Positions 17,169 to 26,361 of a stretch of DNA of 64,000 bases are shown piece by piece. The DNA is taken from the NCBI GenBank assembly GCA_938036315.1, contig CALHPK010000003.1, forward strand, positions 52,722 to 116,721, written 5' to 3'. The notes under the pieces are model-generated. The model searched no databases and was not told where the DNA came from. It saw only the letters and a program-made list of their open reading frames with translations. This stretch comes from an uncultured bacterium (GTDB lineage: Bacteria; Calescibacteriota; Calescibacteriia; Calescibacteriales; Calescibacteriaceae). Position numbers and translations under genes: made by a program. How positions within the stretch are numbered: position 1 is the first letter of the stretch; each line of letters starts with the position of its first letter.

Positions 17169-19625
17169 TTATGTAAGCCTAACCGGTGAGTTTGCAGCTT
17201 GCACAAGCGAACTAAATATGCTCTGGAAGAAAAAAAGAAGTCTCCTTGTTCTCTGCATAAGCTGGTTCGCTCTTGCCCATCTTGTATAAAGAGAGACTCT
17301 GTAATTTTCAAGCTCTTCCTCAATTCTAGAAAGACGTGTATCTACTCCCGTTAACTCTCTGTTAAATCTATCCTCCGATGATGTGACCTCACCCTTTATG
17401 CCAATAAGACCTGATAGATTAATCCTCAAACTCTCAGCAAATCCTTTGTGAACGGAAACTTTATTCTCGTCTCTTTTAACAAGTCCCAAAAACTGAAGAA
17501 GATTTGGACTCCCGCCCCACTTCGTAGGATCAGTGTCTACACCTGAAATCTCAATGTAGTACTTTGTACCCTCAGATGTTGTGACACTCCTTACCGATGC
17601 TATATTGCCCCCAGCTGCTGAGTTTATATTATTCGCTATATCCTGCAAAGAATTAGAAGAAATATCAATAGAAACAGAGATTGTACCGCCTCCATAAAGC
17701 GGTATAACAATATTTCCCGAGATACCGTTGACAGTATCGGGAGAACTTGTATCAGAATCAAGAGAATTCCTTACAGGGGAAGAATCGGAAAAGAATAGAT
17801 CAGTTTTAACGGCTGTAAAATTAACCTGATTCTTGATCTTGAAAGAATTTGATGCAAGTTGAAGGTCTAAAAGGAGATTTCCAGAAACCTCCACAAGTGA
17901 TGGTAAACCTCCACCTACTTTCTCAACTACAAGTTGATATTTTCCAGAAACTTCCCTAACATAGGCCCTGACAGAATCTGTAGCATTGTTTATTTTCAAA
18001 GCAATATCTCGAAGCGTATCCGAAGTATTTACTACAATACTTTTCCCCTCAATAAGCATCTCGCCCGAAAAATTCAAAGGACTAGTATCAGATGAAAATA
18101 ACCCCGATTGGATTTTCTGATTTACTACCGAGGTCAAGGCATATATAGCTCCGTCAAAATCTGTCATTAGAGCTTCCCTGAGTTTGGATTCGCTGAGTGA
18201 GAGCTTTCCTTCCCTATCTATAGAGAAGCCCAAACTTGAGAGGGTGTATCTTTTAAATGAACCATCAGCTTGCGGGAACTCGATAATCCCCGAGAATGCT
18301 CTCAGCATTGCTGAATTTGTTGCGATAAGAGAAAAATCACCCGATAATGGTCCGGCAGATTTTTTATTCTCATCGAATCTTGCCTGCTCCCTCATAAAGT
18401 CTACTACTTTATTCCAATTTTCAACAAGATTTTTGGCATAACCTACAATCCTATCAATATCCCTTTCAACTGTTACTCTGATTACATCTGAAGAAGCTCT
18501 CAAAACGTTAAAGGTTATCCCTGTTATTCCGGTTTCAGATGGAGAGAAGACATTATCTGGAGAGGAAAATTGAGATCCATCTATTACTATTTGAGCATTT
18601 TTTCCTTGCAGCACAACATTTTGAAAATCTTCGGCCATAATTCCCAGGGTTTCAAGGACGAGTAACCCTCCTGCATCACTCCATCCTACATTTGTGGAGT
18701 TTATCTTCAAGCGGAACCCCCCTCCATCAGAAATCACATCTGCCGAGCCAGCCCCTGCAGCTGATTCTATAGCAGATTTTATATCCTGAAGACTCATTGT
18801 ATTAAGATCTATGGATACAGAATTTCCGTTTACTGTAATTGTTCCAGATGGAGCCTGTCCAGCAGAGAATCCTACAAGTTGACCCACCGCTACATCATTT
18901 TTTGTGAAAAAATCAGAAGTTACATAAGTTGTGAAATTGTGTTTTAAAGACACTCCCCCTGTTGTAAAGCCGAGAGTTTGCAAAGGTGTTCCTGAAGCAT
19001 TTGCAAGAGAGATAAACTCCCTACCTTCACCCGTCTTAGAAGCAGAGATTACAAGCTGAACTCCACCTCCAGAGTTAACAATGTAAGCGGTGAGCCCAAC
19101 ATTCATCTCGTTTATTTTATCTCTCAGCTGTTTTAGCGTCCAGTTCGGATCAAGATTTAAAACTTTTGCGTTAGCTGTATCAACCCCTTTAATTACTATT
19201 TTATCCCCAGATGATATCCCAAGGCTACTCAAAGTTACATCTGCTGACGAAAAAATGTTTGACCCAACTTTCCAAGCCTGAGCAATCTGATTTACTTGTA
19301 CATCAAAGACTCCCTGCACTGCATCAGATGAAGCGGAAGCTGATAAAATGTTTTTTGGATCCTCTGAACCTGTGAGGTTAGACAAACTTGCTCTAAAGAC
19401 TTTATATGAAGTAGATGAAGCAAGAATTTGAGCAGAGGATAGCATAGAAATAACCAATGACTTAAGCCGTGATACAGCCCCTACTCTCTCCTGAAGTAGA
19501 TTCTTCCTCTGCGTCAAAGGATCTGTAATAATCTTTCTCCTCAACTCAACCAGACTTTCGACTATCTGAGAGACATCAAAGGGAGAGAGCAAATTTGGAG
19601 TAAATACCGGTCCAAGGTCTGCCAT
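17169..19625 (-). CDS. fliD: Flagellar filament cap protein (hook-associated protein 2), unusually long
   Basis: 818 aa. N-terminal FliD-type coiled segment (FDVSQIVESLVELRRKIITDPLTQRKNLLQERVGAVSRLKS), C-terminal coiled segment, long Ser/Gly/Thr/Asn-rich central region. AAGGAGGTG Shine-Dalgarno. Confidence 0.8.
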   Translation of the reverse strand: MADLGPVFTPNLLSPFDVSQIVESLVELRRKIITDPLTQRKNLLQERVGAVSRLKSLVISMLSSAQILASSTSYKVFRASLSNLTGSEDPKNILSASASSDAVQGVFDVQVNQIAQAWKVGSNIFSSADVTLSSLGISSGDKIVIKGVDTANAKVLNLDPNWTLKQLRDKINEMNVGLTAYIVNSGGGVQLVISASKTGEGREFISLANASGTPLQTLGFTTGGVSLKHNFTTYVTSDFFTKNDVAVGQLVGFSAGQAPSGTITVNGNSVSIDLNTMSLQDIKSAIESAAGAGSADVISDGGGFRLKINSTNVGWSDAGGLLVLETLGIMAEDFQNVVLQGKNAQIVIDGSQFSSPDNVFSPSETGITGITFNVLRASSDVIRVTVERDIDRIVGYAKNLVENWNKVVDFMREQARFDENKKSAGPLSGDFSLIATNSAMLRAFSGIIEFPQADGSFKRYTLSSLGFSIDREGKLSLSESKLREALMTDFDGAIYALTSVVNQKIQSGLFSSDTSPLNFSGEMLIEGKSIVVNTSDTLRDIALKINNATDSVRAYVREVSGKYQLVVEKVGGGLPSLVEVSGNLLLDLQLASNSFKIKNQVNFTAVKTDLFFSDSSPVRNSLDSDTSSPDTVNGISGNIVIPLYGGGTISVSIDISSNSLQDIANNINSAAGGNIASVRSVTTSEGTKYYIEISGVDTDPTKWGGSPNLLQFLGLVKRDENKVSVHKGFAESLRINLSGLIGIKGEVTSSEDRFNRELTGVDTRLSRIEEELENYRVSLYTRWARANQLMQRTRRLLFFFQSIFSSLVQAANSPVRLT

Positions 19626-19694
19626 TTTATATCCACCTCCTTGCTAATTTTTGGATTTATATTATATAAAAAATTTAATACATATATAACTTAG

Positions 19695-19721
19695 TAATCG
19701 GAAAATTTTAAATGGATTTTA
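19695..19721 (-). promoter_or_regulatory. Sigma-28 (FliA)-type promoter candidate for fliD
   Basis: Minus strand reads TAAA-atccatttaaaattt-TCCGATTA (TAAA-N15-GCCGATAA consensus), ending 70 nt upstream of the fliD ATG. Confidence 0.6.
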
Positions 19722-19737
19722 GTCATAATTGTACCAG

Positions 19738-19763
19738 TTCAGATATTCTTTTCAGATATTCTT
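19738..19763. repeat. Perfect 2 x 13-bp tandem repeat (ttcagatattctt)
   Basis: 19738-19750 and 19751-19763, between the thiL stop and the fliD sigma-28-like promoter. Confidence 0.95.
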
Positions 19764-19769
19764 TGGACT

Positions 19770-20837
19770 TTACCTGAAATGCTCAAACTGGTACTTCCAG
19801 TTTATCTTGTGAGTAAAGAATATAAAAAGGGTTCTGTGCAGACCTTTTAGCTTTTTGTATGGGTACTTTTTGGCGAAAGCTCTTTTCTCATCTTGTTTTG
19901 CAAGAAATATACCTACTACTTCGCCGTATTTTCTTACCGTTTCGTAAAAGTTTCTCTTCCTGAAGTGTTTCTCGGGAACCCCGAACATTATTTCGTAATC
20001 ATCTCCCCACGTCGCAGCAACACTCTGAGGTTCACTGAAAAAGTCCTTTGCAAACCTCAAAAATTCTTCAGAAAACGGCAACCTTTCTGGGAAAAATTCA
20101 AGTGATAATCCGTTAAGGATTGAAAGCCATTCGACAGTTCTTAATGTCCCATCGGATACATCAGCGGAAAAACTGGCAAGCTTTTGAATCTTTACCATAA
20201 GCTTAACTGTTCTCTCAATTGGGGGCATAAGAAATTTCTCAAGAGAATATGGAATATACTTTTCAGCAAATTTTCTCCCTCGGGTTTTGAGAACCTGAAA
20301 AGCTAATGCCGCATCACCTATTGTTCCGGTGATAATAATACGATCTCCAGGTTTTGCCCCAAACCTGGACAGAGGTTTTCTATAAGAAAAGCCCGCAACA
20401 AATGATGATATGGAGGTTTTCTCTGAGTAAGATATATCTCCTCCTACTACATTCACTCTAATTTTTTCTGACAGATTAGATATTCCGTCGCCTATCTTGT
20501 CCACTATAGTCGAAGATGGAGCAGATACATTAACAAATGCCCACAAGGGTTTTCCTCCAGCAGCAATAATATCACTAAAGGCACACCTTAATGCTCTCTC
20601 TCCAACTTCATCTGGCTCCATAAAGTCAAAGCTAAAATGCGTACCTTCGACATGTTGATCTGAAGATAATATCAAGTAATTTCTCTTTATCTTTACTGAG
20701 AAAGAATCACTTCCCCAAGGTGTCTCAGCTTTAAATGGAAAAATGCATGGGACAACGAATTTATCTTTTTGTATCAAGCCGAGTTTTTTTCCTATTCGCA
20801 ATACTCTTTTGATCTCCTCGATTTCTGAAGTTCTCAT
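19770..20837 (-). CDS. thiL: Thiamine-monophosphate kinase (AIR-synthase-related fold)
   Basis: 355 aa. HVEGTHF, CAFSDIIAAGGKP, SADVSDGTL motifs. Confidence 0.85.
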   Translation of the reverse strand: MRTSEIEEIKRVLRIGKKLGLIQKDKFVVPCIFPFKAETPWGSDSFSVKIKRNYLILSSDQHVEGTHFSFDFMEPDEVGERALRCAFSDIIAAGGKPLWAFVNVSAPSSTIVDKIGDGISNLSEKIRVNVVGGDISYSEKTSISSFVAGFSYRKPLSRFGAKPGDRIIITGTIGDAALAFQVLKTRGRKFAEKYIPYSLEKFLMPPIERTVKLMVKIQKLASFSADVSDGTLRTVEWLSILNGLSLEFFPERLPFSEEFLRFAKDFFSEPQSVAATWGDDYEIMFGVPEKHFRKRNFYETVRKYGEVVGIFLAKQDEKRAFAKKYPYKKLKGLHRTLFIFFTHKINWKYQFEHFR

Positions 20838-20955
20838 CTTCTTTATAATTTGACTTTACATACCATCGTATTTATACAGATGTTTTTAAAATAATTGAAT
20901 TTTAAAAAGATAAAGTGTGAAAGAAAAAGATATATTGATAAAGGGAGGAGATCAG

Positions 20956-21921
20956 ATGAAGAGGGCATTAGTTTGTGGAGCTGGAGGTTTTATAGCTCAC
21001 CATCTTGTCAGGAAGTTAAAAAAGGAAGGATATTGGGTAAGGGGGGTTGATATAAAGTATCCAGAATTTTCTCCAACTCAAGCCGATGAGTTCCTGATTC
21101 TGGATTTGCGCGAATATGAAAACTGTAGGAAGGCTTTATCACTTCCTAATGGAAGGTTTGATGAAGTATATCAGCTCGCAGCTGATATGGGCGGGATGGG
21201 GTTTATCTCTTGGGCAGATTGTGAGGTTCTCACAAATAACGTCCTTATCAATATCTATATGGTAAAATCAGCTGTAGAGGCTGGGGTCCCAAAATACTTT
21301 TATTCATCTTCTGTATGTGTTTACCGGAACATGAAACCTGGGGAACCAAAGCTAAAAGAAGAAGACGCGTATCCTGCTCTCCCTGATAATGAATACGGCT
21401 GGGAAAAACTTTACTCAGAAAGAGTTGCCCTCGCATTCGCAAGAAGATATAACATAGATGTTAAGATAGGAAGGTTTGAAAATTGCTTTGGACCTGAAGG
21501 AACTTGGCGTGGTGGAAGAGAAAAAGCACCTGCTGCAATCTGCAGAAAGGTAGCAGAAGCAAAGCTCAAAAATCTCGACGAGATAGAAGTTTGGGGTGAT
21601 GGAACTGCAGTCAGAAATTACACCTATGTCGAGGACCTCGTTGACGCAATCTTTATCTTGATGAACTCCGATGTAAAAGAGCCTATAAATATCGGAACAG
21701 ATGAATACATAACGGTAAAAGAACTTGTTGATATGGTATGTGAAATTGCAGGGAAAAAACCAAAAATAAAATGGATACCAGGTCCAGTTGGTGTTCTAGC
21801 AAGAAATTTCAGTCACGAAAAAATCAAAAATTTAGGATGGACTCCCAAACACACAATAAAGGATGGACTTGCAATAACCTACAGATGGATCGAAGAACAA
21901 GTAAGAAAAACTATTTCCTAA
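20956..21921 (+). CDS. NAD-dependent sugar-nucleotide epimerase/dehydratase (extended SDR)
   Basis: LVCGAGGFIAHHL Rossmann motif, YGWEK (YxxxK). ATG at 20956 is preceded by GGGAGGAG; the ORF-track GTG at 20917 is less likely. Confidence 0.85.
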   Translation: MKRALVCGAGGFIAHHLVRKLKKEGYWVRGVDIKYPEFSPTQADEFLILDLREYENCRKALSLPNGRFDEVYQLAADMGGMGFISWADCEVLTNNVLINIYMVKSAVEAGVPKYFYSSSVCVYRNMKPGEPKLKEEDAYPALPDNEYGWEKLYSERVALAFARRYNIDVKIGRFENCFGPEGTWRGGREKAPAAICRKVAEAKLKNLDEIEVWGDGTAVRNYTYVEDLVDAIFILMNSDVKEPINIGTDEYITVKELVDMVCEIAGKKPKIKWIPGPVGVLARNFSHEKIKNLGWTPKHTIKDGLAITYRWIEEQVRKTIS

Positions 21922-22285
21922 CAAATTTTCTTCCGGAAAGCATACATCCGCAGATCCCTCTTTCCCTATTTATTCTATCTGACTTTGTGTTAACTTTTTT
22001 GAGCACTGGATAAATTACGTATCCCAAGTAAGACATAGGACCAAACCGTAAGATTTTGAGCATACTAACAATTGCTTCCTTTCCCCATGCGACTTCTACT
22101 ACATCATCATGCTCTACAATAAGATAGAGCGCAAATGGGAAGTTCTGCCCAAGCATACTTTTGAGAAACTCCTGACTTTCTTGAATAGATCTGACCTCAA
22201 ATCCAAACCATCGAGCCAACTGAGAAAACATCCTGCAGAACGGACAATCACCATCAAAAATAACCGTACCTTTGGGCATATACAA
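21911..22285 (-). CDS. Thiol-disulfide oxidoreductase DCC family (DUF393) protein
   Basis: 124 aa. N-terminal FDGDCPFC motif. Confidence 0.75.
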   Translation of the reverse strand: MYMPKGTVIFDGDCPFCRMFSQLARWFGFEVRSIQESQEFLKSMLGQNFPFALYLIVEHDDVVEVAWGKEAIVSMLKILRFGPMSYLGYVIYPVLKKVNTKSDRINRERGICGCMLSGRKFVRK

Positions 22286-22347
22286 AATTATTGTATCTTA
22301 TGTAAATAAATAAATAGAAGAAATAACATAAATAATATGTAATATTA

Positions 22348-22371
22348 TTTTATTACAATTTTTATTACAAT
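22348..22371. repeat. Perfect 2 x 12-bp tandem repeat (ttttattacaat)
   Basis: 22348-22359 and 22360-22371, about 95 nt upstream of the ParA-like gene. Confidence 0.9.
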
Positions 22372-22464
22372 AATCCAAATTGCAATGAACGGTAGCATAG
22401 GTAAAAAGCAAAACAGCAGTGAGAAATATAAAATAATAATGATTGATTCAAGTGAGATTAGCTG

Positions 22465-23232
22465 ATGATTATATCTTTTGCTAATCAAAAAGGGGGAGTT
22501 GGGAAAACTACTATTGCAATAAATTTAGCAAGCGCACTAGCTTCAAGTGAGTTCAAGGTTTTATTAGTTGATTTTGATCCTCAATCGCATATCACCGTTG
22601 GACTTGACATAGATCCTCAAGGCAAGACAATATATAGCGTGCTAAGTGGAGAAATACCAATTGATTCAGCTATTTTTGAAACGAAAGTTGAAAATCTTTT
22701 TGTTATTCCATCAGATGAAAATCTATCTGGGTTTGAAGCAGAAGTTTTTGAAGATGAAAGGAAACAATTTTATCTTAAAGATAAGCTGACCTCGCTACAG
22801 AGTAAATATGATTTCATATTTATAGACTGTCCCCCATCAATAGGGATATATACAGTTAATGCTCTATGTGCCTCTGATTTTATAATAATTCCTGTTCTTG
22901 CTGATTTTTTTTCGCTTGAAGGTTTTTCAAAGTTTTTCAAAGCAGTAGAACTCATAAAGGTAAGTCTAAACCCAAAACTCGAAATACTAGGGATTGTCAT
23001 CAATATGTATGATAAAAGGGTCAGGCTCGGAAAAGAGGTCGAAGAGGAGTTTATGAAGTATTTCCCTGGAAAAGTTTTTAGAACGCGCATTCCCAAAAGT
23101 ATAAAGATTGCAGAAGCTCCAAGTTTTGGTCTGCCAGTAATTCTGTACAAACCTTCCTCGCCTGGTGCAGATGCATTTTCATCACTTGCAGAAGAATTCC
23201 TCGAGAGAATAAATCAATTCAAAAATGCATAA
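22465..23232 (+). CDS. ParA/Soj-family deviant Walker A ATPase, no parB downstream
   Basis: 255 aa. NQKGGVGKTT deviant Walker A, DCPPS Walker B region. The next feature is a non-coding GC-rich island, then a convergent MCP gene. Confidence 0.9.
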   Translation: MIISFANQKGGVGKTTIAINLASALASSEFKVLLVDFDPQSHITVGLDIDPQGKTIYSVLSGEIPIDSAIFETKVENLFVIPSDENLSGFEAEVFEDERKQFYLKDKLTSLQSKYDFIFIDCPPSIGIYTVNALCASDFIIIPVLADFFSLEGFSKFFKAVELIKVSLNPKLEILGIVINMYDKRVRLGKEVEEEFMKYFPGKVFRTRIPKSIKIAEAPSFGLPVILYKPSSPGADAFSSLAEEFLERINQFKNA

Positions 23233-23239
23233 GATAGTT

Positions 23240-23335
23240 ACCTCCTGGCTCCTGCCCGCAAGCTACCTGATGCGATAGATTTACTCCCTCCCTCCGTAGA
23301 TACGCCCGGATACTCCCGGAGGTAAGGCAATTCAA
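23240..23335. other. GC-rich non-coding island (candidate small RNA; strand unknown)
   Basis: Pyrimidine-rich on plus and GGA-rich on minus. ttacctcc (about 23249) is complementary to ggaggtaa (about 23318). 10-bp tandem tacgcccgga/tactcccgga at 23301-23320. Sits between two convergent stop codons. Confidence 0.3.
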
Positions 23336-23412
23336 AATTACTCTAAGCATTCAAAATAACCGAATTATGTGATAATCCATAAAGATAATCCATAAAAGAG
23401 AATCTTTAATAT

Positions 23413-24948
23413 TTATACCTTAAAGTTTTCAACGATTCTGATGAGATTTTCTACTTTCTCATTTACCTCTTCCGATTTTTTCTTGACATCTCTGATCATC
23501 TTTTCAGGTTCTTCTGCCATCTGAACTATGGCTGAAACAGATCTTGATATTTCCATAGCAGTTCTTTCTTGTTCTTCGAATGTTGTAGCTATTGCAGCAA
23601 TCTCATCTTTCACTTTCAAAAATTTTTCCTGAATTTCTTGTAAAGCTACCACCCCATGCTCTGCACTCTTTATCTTTTCTCCGACATCTAAAATTACCCA
23701 GTTTATTAAATCAAGAACCTTATTCATTTCTGTTCCGAAGCTTGACAATGTTGAAGATATTTCCTTTGCCAGCTGAGCTGTTCTTTGAGAGAGCTTTCTT
23801 ATTTCTTCTGCTACCACCGCAAACCCTTTTCCATGCTCTCCTGCTCTTGATGCCTCAATAGATGCATTAAGCGAAAGAAGATTTGTCTGATCGGTTATAT
23901 CCATAATAGCTGATACAAAACCAATAATCTTCCTCTGTATGAATTCTACATTCTTTATAACTTCAACAACTCTTTTCATCTCCTCAATAATTTTTATTAT
24001 GCTGTTGAGAGAGTTTCCCACCGTTTGACTACTAGCTACAACCCTATCTGAAGCTTTCTCCACAAAAGATGATATCTCACTTAAGTTCTTTGTAGCCTCA
24101 GCAATAGTAGATGAAAACTCCTCCGCAGCAGTGGACATCTTAGAAATTTCTGATAGCAAATTAGACATAAGAGAATGTATTCTACTTATCATCTGGCTGT
24201 TAGCCCCCACAAATTCACCAATACTATTTGCCGTATCTTTAATACCTAAAATTATCTGCCTCAATTTGCCTAAAAATATATTGAAATTCAAGGCTATCTT
24301 TCCAATCTCATCCGATGTACGAACTTCAAGCTCCCGAGTAAGATCACTGACCCCTTCGCCTATTTCCTTCAGTGATGCAGATACTCTCCCTGCAACCCTC
24401 TGTATCTGAGTAGATACTACAAATCCTATAATTATTATGAATAAAATAGAAAGTAACACAGAAAGCGGGATAGATATCTTTATAATATTTGCATATTTCC
24501 CTAAAAGAATACTATGCTCCCGCAGGGAATCATCAAGATCTGTTTTCACTTTGATCAAGTTATCCGAAAGTTCTGATAATTTTTCTGGAGAAAGATCCCG
24601 AGTTTCATATATATTCTCAGCAGATCTCTTTAGCTTATCCACGCTATCTTCTATAGAAGCTGTCTTATGGCCGATTTTTTTGAGCTCCCCTATTTTCAAA
24701 TTCATCTCTTCAAATAATGGTAAAGCATTTGCAATGCTATCAACCGAAGAATACCTGATGGCACTATCAATAATTTTAGAAACATCCTCCAAATCCGCCT
24801 TGAGAAAATTTATTAATTTGTATGATATTGAGGCTTTTGTAAGGTCCTGAGAAATTTTAAACGCAATACCCCCCGCAACAAGAAAAGCCACAGATCCTAT
24901 CAAGAAACCCAAGATTATCCTTTCTCTTATCCCTATCTTCATATACAA
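23413..24948 (-). CDS. Methyl-accepting chemotaxis protein
   Basis: 511 aa. Two TM segments, HAMP, and the highly conserved signalling hairpin [38 protein letters not shown]. Confidence 0.95.
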   Translation of the reverse strand: MYMKIGIRERIILGFLIGSVAFLVAGGIAFKISQDLTKASISYKLINFLKADLEDVSKIIDSAIRYSSVDSIANALPLFEEMNLKIGELKKIGHKTASIEDSVDKLKRSAENIYETRDLSPEKLSELSDNLIKVKTDLDDSLREHSILLGKYANIIKISIPLSVLLSILFIIIIGFVVSTQIQRVAGRVSASLKEIGEGVSDLTRELEVRTSDEIGKIALNFNIFLGKLRQIILGIKDTANSIGEFVGANSQMISRIHSLMSNLLSEISKMSTAAEEFSSTIAEATKNLSEISSFVEKASDRVVASSQTVGNSLNSIIKIIEEMKRVVEVIKNVEFIQRKIIGFVSAIMDITDQTNLLSLNASIEASRAGEHGKGFAVVAEEIRKLSQRTAQLAKEISSTLSSFGTEMNKVLDLINWVILDVGEKIKSAEHGVVALQEIQEKFLKVKDEIAAIATTFEEQERTAMEISRSVSAIVQMAEEPEKMIRDVKKKSEEVNEKVENLIRIVENFKV

Positions 24949-25203
24949 TATTTTAACAACTCAAAATAATTGAGAGATAAAATAATCTACCTTGCTTTTT
25001 GAAAGCAATTTTAGGATGGATTTTTTCAAAAAAATCGCACAAATACAGAAAATAGGTAGTATAGCTTAGCAAAACCTCTGAGAGTAGACCTTATATGACA
25101 TCGCTTTGCTCCAAAGAATATTTCTGAAGAAACAGAAAATAAAGCTCCTTTAAATAAAATAAAATATAAATAATAAATAAATAAAATAGAAAAGTAGCTT
25201 CCT

Positions 25204-25623
25204 ATGAAAGGGAGAGTACTAGTTGCAAAACTTGGACTTGATGGACACGATAGAGGCGCAAAAGTTGTAGCAAGAGCACTAAAAGAAAGCGGATTTGAAG
25301 TAATATATACTGGACTACATAAAACACCTAAGGAAGTTGCAGAAATTGCCCTTGAAGAAGATGTGGACCTTATAGGAATATCAATTCTATCTGGAGCACA
25401 TAACACACTGATCCCCAAACTTGTTGAAGAAATGAAAGAAAAAAAGATCGATTCAAAACCTATTGTGGTAGGAGGAATAATTCCAGAAGAAGATTTTGAA
25501 TTCCTTGAAAGAATTGGAGTAAAAGCAATATACCCCCCAGGCACACCACTAAAAAAAATAATAGAAACCGTGGAAAAGTTGGTAACAGAGTACAGACAAT
25601 CAATTGAATCAAGGCTAAGTTGA
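25204..25623 (+). CDS. Cobalamin-binding domain protein (methylmalonyl-CoA mutase C-terminal/small-subunit type)
   Basis: 139 aa. DxHxxG B12-binding motif in LGLDGHDRGAKVVA, then GISILSGAH and VVGGIIP. Confidence 0.85.
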   Translation: MKGRVLVAKLGLDGHDRGAKVVARALKESGFEVIYTGLHKTPKEVAEIALEEDVDLIGISILSGAHNTLIPKLVEEMKEKKIDSKPIVVGGIIPEEDFEFLERIGVKAIYPPGTPLKKIIETVEKLVTEYRQSIESRLS

Positions 25624-26321
25624 TGTTCGTCATTCCCTCCATCGATATAAAGGAAGGAAAAGTTGTAAGAATTTACAAGGGTGATCCTGACAAGGAGATA
25701 ATTGCCATAGACAATCCTCAAAGTATCGCTGAAATCTGGAAGGGGAAAGGCGCAAGGTTTTTACACATAGTTGACCTTGATGCTGTATTCGGTAAACAGA
25801 ATCAGATAGAATTGATAAAGAAGATCTTAGCAGTTGGAGTACCATCCACTGTTGGCGGAGGAATAAGAAATTTTGAAATTGCAAAAAGATATATAGATCT
25901 TGGAGCTTATGCAGTAGTGGTTTCGACAATGGTAATCGAAGCCCCAGCAGAATTCCAAAGACTTATTGAAACCTTCCCTAATAAAGTTGTACTAGCACTT
26001 GACTTTGATGAGGACTTCAGACTAGCAACAAAAGGTTGGAAAGAAAAAAGTAAAAGTATTTTCGATTTTTTATCAGCTCAGTATCTAAGCATCAGAGGTT
26101 TTCTCTTTACAGCTATATTCAAGGATGGTACAGGAGAGGGAATTCCTAAATTCCACTTCAAGAAAATTTCCCAGGAGTTTTCGTTCAAAGGTAAGATAAA
26201 TATAGCCGCAGGCGGAATAAATTCTGTAGAGGAGCTGTACTTTCTGAAGGAATTAGGATTTTGGGGAGCAGTAGTAGGAAGAGCTTTTTACGAGGGGAAA
26301 ATAAACCTTTTTGAATGCTAA
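25623..26321 (+). CDS. hisA: ProFAR isomerase (phosphoribosylformimino-5-aminoimidazole carboxamide ribotide isomerase)
   Basis: IPSIDIKEGKVVR, VGGGIRN, AAGGINS, VVGRAFYEGK. ATG at 25623 shares one base with the upstream TGA (TGATG). Confidence 0.9.
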   Translation: MFVIPSIDIKEGKVVRIYKGDPDKEIIAIDNPQSIAEIWKGKGARFLHIVDLDAVFGKQNQIELIKKILAVGVPSTVGGGIRNFEIAKRYIDLGAYAVVVSTMVIEAPAEFQRLIETFPNKVVLALDFDEDFRLATKGWKEKSKSIFDFLSAQYLSIRGFLFTAIFKDGTGEGIPKFHFKKISQEFSFKGKINIAAGGINSVEELYFLKELGFWGAVVGRAFYEGKINLFEC

Positions 26322-26361
26322 CCTTGTAAAAAACTATATCAGGACTACATTCTTATAAATT

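Noticed and set aside
23233-23325. Possible stop-codon read-through extension of parA (31 sense codons in frame after the TAA, ending at a second TAA)
   Set aside because: The codons are GC-rich (ctc ctg gct cct gcc cgc ...), quite unlike the AT-rich codon usage of every confident gene here. ParA is already full length. A non-coding RNA or a relic is more likely.
23240-23335. SRP (4.5S) RNA
   Set aside because: Part of the plus strand (GCCCGCAAGCUACCUG) resembles the 5' arm of E. coli 4.5S RNA. However, the universally conserved domain IV core (GGAA tetraloop with GGAAGCAGCC) is absent on both strands.
24992-25008. Inverted repeat ttgcttt-ttg-aaagcaa between the MCP gene and the B12-domain gene
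   Set aside because: It is a short AT-rich 7-bp stem in a divergent promoter region, with no flanking T-tract and no second copy. It is not distinguishable from chance.
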